The position numbers and the translations under genes were made by a program. This document shows, piece by piece, positions 57,831 through 64,000 of a DNA stretch of 64,000 nt (positions within the stretch are counted from its first letter, which is position 1; every line of letters begins with the position of its first letter). Where the stretch lies: IMG/VR virus record IMGVR_UViG_3300043958_000209. One strand, 5' to 3'. The notes under the pieces are model-generated. The model saw nothing but the letters and a program-made list of their open reading frames with translations. It ran no database searches and was not told where the DNA came from. The DNA is from an uncultured virus (IMG/VR IMGVR_UViG_3300043958_000209) (Duplodnaviria > Heunggongvirae > Uroviricota > Caudoviricetes).

Positions 57831-58316
57831 TTAAACCTCCTGACATTCTTCTGTGAAATAGCGCAGGCAGTGGTTTTTCCACTTGGCGCGTTTGATTTCT
57901 GATTCCATTCCGGACGAGATGCGGTTTCCGAATACCCAGACCTCCGAGCATTTGCTCATGAGGGCATTCCCAAAAAACAGTCCCAGTTCCCGTTCGTCCG
58001 GGCGGCTGTCAGCCAGAAACTGCGGAAACAACAGATGTGGGGCGATGGGGATATATCCCTGCTCTACGGCAAAGCGGCTGTAGCGTCTTGCGGCGGCGAC
58101 GTTTCCTTCCACATCACCGGAATAGGGTGAGCAGATGTAGACGATAGGCCGGAATGCGCGAAGCGCTTGTTTTTCACTGTTCTGGATATTGGCCAGTGCT
58201 TCTGCCGCAGTCGGGTCGGGAGTCTCGGCTGCCGCCTCGGTCGGTGCTTCTGTGCTGCGCACAGAGGTCTCCACTGGAGACCCGCACCCCTCGCCATTTT
58301 GATAATCAAGATTCAA
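57831..58316 (-). CDS. DUF4406/DUF7768-like protein with an in-frame mini-element insertion
   Basis: VYICSPYSGD, IAPHLLFPQF, CSEVWVFG. N-terminal insert CGSPVETS...AET. Confidence 0.75.
   Translation of the reverse strand: MNLDYQNGEGCGSPVETSVRSTEAPTEAAAETPDPTAAEALANIQNSEKQALRAFRPIVYICSPYSGDVEGNVAAARRYSRFAVEQGYIPIAPHLLFPQFLADSRPDERELGLFFGNALMSKCSEVWVFGNRISSGMESEIKRAKWKNHCLRYFTEECQEV
58222..58289 (-). repeat. Structured mini-element, copy 3 (intragenic)
   Basis: GGGTGCGGGTCTCCAGTGGAGACCTCTGTGCGCAGCACAGAAGCACCGACCGAGGCGGCAGCCGAGAC. Confidence 0.85.
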
Positions 58317-58366
58317 TTTGGAGTTCTCCTTTCCGGGTGGATATAGAAAAGGCGTCCACCTCTAAT

Positions 58367-58400
58367 TTCCCACTGGAGATGAACGCCTGATTTGAGCGGA
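58367..58400 (-). promoter_or_regulatory. Putative phage-sigma promoter, copy 2
   Basis: TCCGCTCAAA-N8-TCATCTCCAGTGG. Confidence 0.65.
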
Positions 58401-58406
58401 TATTTT

Positions 58407-60395
58407 TTAATCTTTTTTATAAAAGTCTGTAACGTAGCCATCAGCACGGAGCCTGAGACCGGGAGCCCACGGCGGTGTTCTGCCCATCTGCGCACACAGT
58501 ACGTCAAGCGACATTTGCGGGTCGGCTTCGATGACCAGCTCATCATGGATGTGCATGACAATGGAACAGCAGCGCAGCGTCTTCATGGCGAAGCAGAGGA
58601 TGTCGCGGGAGGTTGCCTGTACGATGTTTTCCACAAATTTCGGGCCATAGGAATCAAGACGTTCCCATTTCTTTGTGGAACCGATACCTTCATAGGTGAT
58701 GCATTCGCCGCCGAACTTGTTCGTCCCGACCTTCGGCTTCACATAGGCAAGGTTCCTGCCGGAAGGAAGCGTAATAAAGAGCATCCCGGAGCGGCAGGAG
58801 AAGGTCAGACCGTGGCTGCTGGTTGTATGCTTATGCTTGACCGCTTCCATGACTGCGAGGTCAACGTCCCACCAGAACTGGACGATACGGGGATTTGTCT
58901 GCCGCCAAGCGTCTACCAGCGGAGGAAGCTCGTTCTCTGAAAGCCCCATCTCGATGGCACCCATAGCTTTGAGTGCACCGACCGAGCCGCCATAGCCAAG
59001 CGCCAATTCAGCAATTTTGCCTTTTTGGCGCAGGTGGTCGTTTATGCCATGTTTCACTACAGGAACATGGAACATCTGACTGGCGCTGGCGCAGTAAATG
59101 TCGCCGCCATCTTCAAAAACCTTTTGCCGCCAGGTCTCACCTGCATACCATGCGATAACTCGTGCCTCGATGGCACTGAAGTCGGAAACATAAAACTGAC
59201 AGCCATCCTTCGGAATAAAAGCAGTGCGGATCAGTTGCGAGAGCGTATCCGGCACATCCTCATAGAGCATTTTCATTGCATCAAAGTCACCGGATTTGAC
59301 AAGTGCGCGGGCGTCTGCGAGATCTTCAAGATGATTCTGCGGAAGATTTTGTAATTGAATCAGTCTGCCTGCCCAGCGGCCTGTGCGGTTGGCTCCGTAA
59401 AAAGCAAAGCAGCCGTGCGCTCTGCCGTCATCGCATGCGGCGCGTTCCATCGTCTGATATTTCCGGACAGAGGACTTGGCAAGCTGCTGGCGAAGTGTGA
59501 GAACGGTCTGCAGCTCTGGAGAGGCAGTTTTTAAGAGCTCTGCCACGGCCTTTTTGCCGAGCGTATCGGTTTCGAGTCCGTTTGCCGCGAGCCATTCCTT
59601 CATCTGCTGGACGCTGTTTGGATTATCAAGGGCAGTGAGTTTTTTCATTGCTGCGGTCAGCTCCGTCCGGGAGCGGGTATCCATTTCGATGGCCTTCTGC
59701 ACCAGATCCATGTCGAGGCGGACACCACGGTCGTTGATTTCCTGATCAATGTGGTATTCATCCCAGACAGATTCCGGCACCGGAAACTTGGAAAGCCTTG
59801 TTTTGATGCCCATTTCTGTTTCCACATCCCGAAGGTTATAGCGTTTGAAAGTCTCCCATTTGTCCGGCGCATCCGCAGGAAGGTTCCGGGTGCGACCGCC
59901 ATTTGCTTTTGTTGGAGTGCAGGGTACTGAAAAGTATTTGATGAGTTCCTTGCCCTCTGTGAGCTTCTGCTTCTCAAGGCCGAGGACAGTGCCGACGCCT
60001 TCCAGCGAAAGCGGCAGTCCCATTGTTGCGGCCCAGACCATAGAGCAGTGCCAGCTTCCTGGATTCAGAAACCGGGCGCACTCTTTTGAGAGTGGGTGGT
60101 TATCATGGAACGGATCAAGACTTATACCAATGTCTGAAAGATACCGGGACAGGCAGACCCGTTCAAAGTTTGCATTGAACGCCCACTTGGTGACGGAATC
60201 ATCGGTCAGGGCATCAATCAGCTCCTGCGGCAAATGCTCGCCCTGCGCGAGGTCAATAACCTGGACTTCATTTCCATCAAAGGAATAACCGAAGAGCAGA
60301 ATCTCAAAGTTCGGAGATTCCGTGTATTTATAAACGCCGCACTTTGCCAGATTTACGTCGCTGTAGGTTTCAATATCGATACTGAGTGTTTTCAT
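58407..60395 (-). CDS. Family A phage DNA polymerase
   Basis: SIDIET exonuclease motif, RTGRW, SDFSAIEARV, RQKGKIAELALGYG, HIHDE. Confidence 0.93.
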   Translation of the reverse strand: MKTLSIDIETYSDVNLAKCGVYKYTESPNFEILLFGYSFDGNEVQVIDLAQGEHLPQELIDALTDDSVTKWAFNANFERVCLSRYLSDIGISLDPFHDNHPLSKECARFLNPGSWHCSMVWAATMGLPLSLEGVGTVLGLEKQKLTEGKELIKYFSVPCTPTKANGGRTRNLPADAPDKWETFKRYNLRDVETEMGIKTRLSKFPVPESVWDEYHIDQEINDRGVRLDMDLVQKAIEMDTRSRTELTAAMKKLTALDNPNSVQQMKEWLAANGLETDTLGKKAVAELLKTASPELQTVLTLRQQLAKSSVRKYQTMERAACDDGRAHGCFAFYGANRTGRWAGRLIQLQNLPQNHLEDLADARALVKSGDFDAMKMLYEDVPDTLSQLIRTAFIPKDGCQFYVSDFSAIEARVIAWYAGETWRQKVFEDGGDIYCASASQMFHVPVVKHGINDHLRQKGKIAELALGYGGSVGALKAMGAIEMGLSENELPPLVDAWRQTNPRIVQFWWDVDLAVMEAVKHKHTTSSHGLTFSCRSGMLFITLPSGRNLAYVKPKVGTNKFGGECITYEGIGSTKKWERLDSYGPKFVENIVQATSRDILCFAMKTLRCCSIVMHIHDELVIEADPQMSLDVLCAQMGRTPPWAPGLRLRADGYVTDFYKKD

Positions 60396-60452
60396 GGATT
60401 TCACCTCAATTCAAACAAGCGGCAGAGATTGCTCCCTGCCGCCTGCGTTGTG

Positions 60453-60638
60453 TTAGTTGTCAGAGTCCTTTTTGACTTTTGCTTCCTTGTCTTTCTTAGC
60501 AAGACGCTTTTTCTCATGCCTGTCTTCAATCCAAAACTTGATGGAGAGGAAAACACCGCTGATTAAAAAGCCTACCGTAGCTCCGAAGCAGACCGCTCCG
60601 AAGCAGACCGAGAGCATCATTGACTGATATGTTGTCAT
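60453..60638 (-). CDS. Small membrane protein
   Basis: Hydrophobic N-terminal half, basic tail, RBS. Confidence 0.55.
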   Translation of the reverse strand: MTTYQSMMLSVCFGAVCFGATVGFLISGVFLSIKFWIEDRHEKKRLAKKDKEAKVKKDSDN

Positions 60639-60651
60639 GGTCGCGCCTTCC

Positions 60652-61224
60652 TTAATTCAGAAAGTCTTCATCGTCTTCAGTGACGAAGTCAGACTCAGCA
60701 CTTGCCTTGCCGCCAAGAGGCTCGCCGTCGCGGATCTTCTGCAGGTTATTGAGGCCGCAGGCGATTCCCTTGTTGCCGGAAGAATTGAAAGCGTAAAATG
60801 TAATGCTGGCTCTGCCGTAGACGCCGGAGTACACTTCGGAACGTGTCAGAATGGGATTCAGGTCTGCGTCCACGATACCTGGAGCAGAGGTGGCATTGGC
60901 GTTTACAAAGTAGGAATTCCTGTAGGCTTTGTCGTCCGGGCGTTCTGCATCGCCATCGCGCAGCGGGGTTTTCAGTACAGAGAGCGCAGGGACAGCCTTG
61001 CCGCTGCCCTTGAGCTTTGCTTCGCCTTCTTTATAAGCGGCTTCAATAGCAGCCTGAATTTTGGCAATGGTCTTGGTGTCAGACTTCGGAATAATGAGGC
61101 TCACGCTGTACTTCGGTGTGCCGCCGTTAATAGACTTCGGTTCCCAGATGTTTGCGTAGCTCCAACGGGTGTCGGAACCGGTGATAACCTTCATGGGGTT
61201 GCTGATTTTCGTATTCTTACTCAT
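60652..61224 (-). CDS. DUF2815-family ssDNA-binding protein
   Basis: RWSYANIWEP, PLRDGD, VYSGVY, GLNNLQK, acidic tail. Confidence 0.88.
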   Translation of the reverse strand: MSKNTKISNPMKVITGSDTRWSYANIWEPKSINGGTPKYSVSLIIPKSDTKTIAKIQAAIEAAYKEGEAKLKGSGKAVPALSVLKTPLRDGDAERPDDKAYRNSYFVNANATSAPGIVDADLNPILTRSEVYSGVYGRASITFYAFNSSGNKGIACGLNNLQKIRDGEPLGGKASAESDFVTEDDEDFLN

Positions 61225-62356
61225 AATGTTTTTCCTCCATAAAATCATTTTTTGCTGTATTCATGGCCGGGCGTTTATCGTTTTCCGGCGCAAGAGTGGG
61301 TTTGCCCTGCGGCTTTTCGATGTAAGCTGTCAGGAGTTCATTGAAGCGGGACTTACCGAGGAGCTTCTGCATGGCAGTGACGCCGAGCAGCTTCTTTTCA
61401 TACGGATCAAATCCTGCTTCCTCGACCGTCTGGATAACAGCGGCCTCGTTACTGTACTTACGGTTGGATCGGCCTTCAACCAGTTTCCAGCCGTTCCATT
61501 CCTTCCCGGAGAGCGCCTGCTGCAGGGCATATTCCTTGATGTCGGATGCCCAGCTGATCAGCTCGTCCACCTTAGAAAGAATGACTTCGACTTCGGTATC
61601 CGTCAGGAGCGGCGGGAGTTTGAAATCGTACTGTGCCAGCCTCAGATTGGCTTCGGCCCTGGCCCGGCATTCATTTCTTGCTTTGCAAAAGCCGCACCAT
61701 TCTCCGCAGAGAAAGTTTCCATCTCCGGCAAAGGCAAGCACTGCTGTCGGTTTCAGGACTTCGTCTGCCCAGCGGTATAAATCGTCCTTACTGATATCGA
61801 AGGTGCTGACATTCTGCCGTCTTGGCTGGTAGATGGTCATGCTGACCTGATCGATGTCGTAGATGTCATCAAAGAGTTCCAAAGCACCGAGGGCGTAGCA
61901 CTGCATCTGCGGGTTTTCTTCAGCGGAAACAAGAACGCCGAGGCCGTATTTGAAATCAATGACCCGGAGCGTGCCATCCGCGATGATGACGCAGTCGGCG
62001 GTACCGAAGCCCTGTTCTACCCAGCGGGAGAAATCTACTCGCTGCTCAATCAGGACAACCGGATCAGTGCAGGCCTTCTTTGCGGCTTCGACCTGTTCCA
62101 GCACGAATTCGGCATAACCACTGGTGCAGTTATCCATCTCTTCGGAATACCAGGAAAGCCCATCTGTCGGATCGTCTGCCGGAAGCCCCAGTGCTTTCTT
62201 AAGCTTGAATTCCGCAAGCGCATGAGCATCGGTGCCTTCGGCTGCGTAGTCACTTCCTTTATCTTCGTAGGTCTCGCAGAGCCGTGCCGACGGCGGACAA
62301 TGAATCCACCTGTCAGCGCCGGAGGCGGAGAGGATCGCGTGCTGCTTATTTCCCAT
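61217..62356 (-). CDS. DUF2800-family PD-(D/E)xK (Cas4-like) nuclease
   Basis: HAILSAS, GFGTAD, IDFKYG, WCGFC. Confidence 0.88.
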   Translation of the reverse strand: MGNKQHAILSASGADRWIHCPPSARLCETYEDKGSDYAAEGTDAHALAEFKLKKALGLPADDPTDGLSWYSEEMDNCTSGYAEFVLEQVEAAKKACTDPVVLIEQRVDFSRWVEQGFGTADCVIIADGTLRVIDFKYGLGVLVSAEENPQMQCYALGALELFDDIYDIDQVSMTIYQPRRQNVSTFDISKDDLYRWADEVLKPTAVLAFAGDGNFLCGEWCGFCKARNECRARAEANLRLAQYDFKLPPLLTDTEVEVILSKVDELISWASDIKEYALQQALSGKEWNGWKLVEGRSNRKYSNEAAVIQTVEEAGFDPYEKKLLGVTAMQKLLGKSRFNELLTAYIEKPQGKPTLAPENDKRPAMNTAKNDFMEEKHYE

Positions 62357-62684
62357 TTCCGATTGCCTCCGCGTCCTTCATCAGGGACTCATAGTTTGCC
62401 GGGTCGATAGCGGAGAGCTTTGTCGCTCCGTATTTCTGGAGCAGGTCACGTACCTCGGCAGTGTGTCCTGCGCGGGATTTCCCGGCGAGAACGGATCTTA
62501 CGTCCTCCAGCTTTAATTCCGGCTTGGGTTCTTCTTTTGTAGCAGCAGTTTCAGAAATTTGCTGCTTATTGGAATCGTCTGTGCCGGAGAACTGCTGGTA
62601 AAGCCAGTCGGCTGCGTCGTTAATAGCGGCAGCAGCACTGTGGAGATCTTCGATTGTCTGTTTCATGTCTGCCATTTTGCTCAT
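62346..62684 (-). CDS. Hypothetical phage protein
   Basis: LEDVRSVLA, KYGATKLS motif, RBS. Confidence 0.75.
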   Translation of the reverse strand: MSKMADMKQTIEDLHSAAAAINDAADWLYQQFSGTDDSNKQQISETAATKEEPKPELKLEDVRSVLAGKSRAGHTAEVRDLLQKYGATKLSAIDPANYESLMKDAEAIGNGK

Positions 62685-62829
62685 AGGTTCTTTCTCCTTT
62701 CTCGGATTGTCTTTGCGCGGCAAGAATTGAAAGATTTCTTGCCAGTCGGGCGGATACGTGGCTGATGGAGTTCAGAAGCTGAATCTCCTCGCGGACGTTC
62801 CCTCCGGTGTCTGTGTAACTTGATTTCAT
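62620..62829 (-). CDS. Small hypothetical protein, first gene after the sigma promoter
   Basis: GAGGTG RBS, ISHVSARLARNL. Confidence 0.5.
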   Translation of the reverse strand: MKSSYTDTGGNVREEIQLLNSISHVSARLARNLSILAAQRQSEKGERTYEQNGRHETDNRRSPQCCCRY

Positions 62830-62873
62830 CGTGCTCACCTCGCTTCCTGAAGGCCTTTTCTCTGTCCTTCAAC

Positions 62874-62906
62874 TTCCACTGGAGATGAGCAGACAATTTG
62901 AGCGGA
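62874..62906 (-). promoter_or_regulatory. Putative phage-sigma promoter, copy 3
   Basis: TCCGCTCAAA-N8-TCATCTCCAGTGG. Confidence 0.65.
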
Positions 62907-62981
62907 GAAAAAATAAAAAATTCCGACCACTATCCTGATGAGGGACAGTGGCCGGAATTGCTGCGGTTCGTGGTCTGGGTA

Positions 62982-63501
62982 TTACTTATCACCGGTGATC
63001 CTGCGCAGATCAATCCTGTACTTCTTCATCTGATCCGCGAAGGTTTTCTGTGGGCGACCGAGTTCTCTTGCAATAGCACGGTCAGAGATACCTTCCGGAT
63101 GATCCATCCAGAGTTGAATGATTGTATTCGCTTCTGGATCAAGTTCGCGTAGACGGGCAAAAAGCTGTTCCAATAATATGCGGTCGGAGATGAGTTTCTC
63201 TATAGGCGTGTTGTTGTCCGGCAGATAGTCGTACATTGCCGTTACCGTCCGGATTTGTAACGTCAAGAGAAAGGGTGTCCCCTGCTGCATGGTATTCGCA
63301 GCCGATGCAGTCGCCATCGCATTTCCATGCATAACGGTAAGGGCACATGCACCTGCCGTGATCCTGTTCCTTGTGACGGATGCGGTCGGCTTCCTTATAG
63401 AAAGCATCGTGCTGTTCTTTTGAGACGGGCACCTTTTCAGCGGTGCTACGGATGAAGATGAAGTAGGTCTTCTGTTTACTATCGTTTTCATTGTTTTTCA
63501 T
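62982..63501 (-). pseudogene. Sigma-70 region 4 / ECF-like phage regulator, frameshifted near 63235
   Basis: The N-terminal half (Cys motif CDGDCIGC, LSLD) and the C-terminal HTH (ISDRAIARELG) lie in different frames. Total length 520 nt. Confidence 0.7.
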
Positions 63502-63914
63502 ATTGAAACCTCCCAGTTTCGAGTTGCTTCCCGAGCCGGAGGTTTCACTGAAAAGAGCGCAGTTGACCTGTCGGAACGGGAAACTAATCCGTTTCGATGG
63601 CCAACCACGCTCGTAGGTTGGTTTATTCAGTTGTGACCGCTATTTCTGTTCGAGCCACTCTACATGCCGGGTGAACGTCCATAACGGTGAGCCTTTTAAC
63701 GCCATGCTCATGGCATCAATTAAATATTTACGTTCATAAAATATTTACTCCTGAACGCTAATAATTTATTGTAAATCGCTTAAAACGGTGATACAATCAA
63801 AAAAGAGTTTTGTAAGCAGATTTACTGATTCATATTATAGAAAATCTGACTGGTGCAGGTTTTACCGCTGATGACCGTGGTTTGACCTGAAAGGTCAAAG
63901 GAGGTTATGCGATC

Positions 63915-64000
63915 GTGTATTTCCATGAGATTGCCGGTGAACTTAAGACATATATGAGCCCAACAGAGCGCGGCGGTGAATTTATCATCTGGCTTGTCGG
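63915..64000 (+). CDS. Start of a divergent gene (partial)
   Basis: GGAGG at 63900, GTG start, frame open to the window edge. Confidence 0.35.
   Translation, partial: MYFHEIAGELKTYMSPTERGGEFIIWLV

Larger units (their letters stand above)
22333..64000 (-). mobile_element. Siphovirus-type prophage with a triple serine-recombinase module (probably defective, continues beyond the right edge)
   Basis: Ordered replication, packaging, head, tail, lysis and recombination modules. Confidence 0.9.

Noticed and set aside
1..64000. tRNA, rRNA, IS transposase or antibiotic resistance genes
   Set aside because: None recognisable in the ORF translations or intergenic regions

Overview
Low-GC Gram-positive (Clostridia-like) composite mobile region. 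Almost all genes are on the minus strand. (1) Positions 1-~22330 hold part of a Tn1549/CTn-type integrative conjugative element (ICE): parA-parB, replication-initiator-like gene, pcfB, virD4, maff2, virB6, prgI, virB4, CHAP hydrolase, topB and an ArdC-like polyvalent protein. It continues beyond the left edge, and its relaxase and integrase are not in the window. (2) Positions ~22335-64000 hold a siphovirus-type prophage with three serine recombinase genes and lysis, tail, HK97-type head, packaging and PolA/P4-primase replication modules. It looks decayed: frameshifted sigma-like gene, frameshifted DNA methylase and a 3-codon deletion in one recombinase motif. The two elements meet at a quasi-palindromic site carrying rlmD/rumA-like 3' ends. 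The most striking feature is a tandem array of two recombinase-free cassettes at the 3' end of virD4. Each carries a replacement virD4 3' end, a conserved promoter, AT-rich cargo (a DUF2971-like gene; a type II Thoeris thsA-thsB operon), a terminator and a conserved att-like arm, which suggests an integron-like defence-cassette system. Other notable signals are a ~65-bp covarying multi-hairpin mini-element (3 copies, one in-frame inside a gene), a 3-copy phage sigma promoter motif, a structured leader, and HEPN, HNH and BacA-like cargo. I saw no rRNA, tRNA or CRISPR array. Family assignments come from motif recognition by eye, not from database searches.
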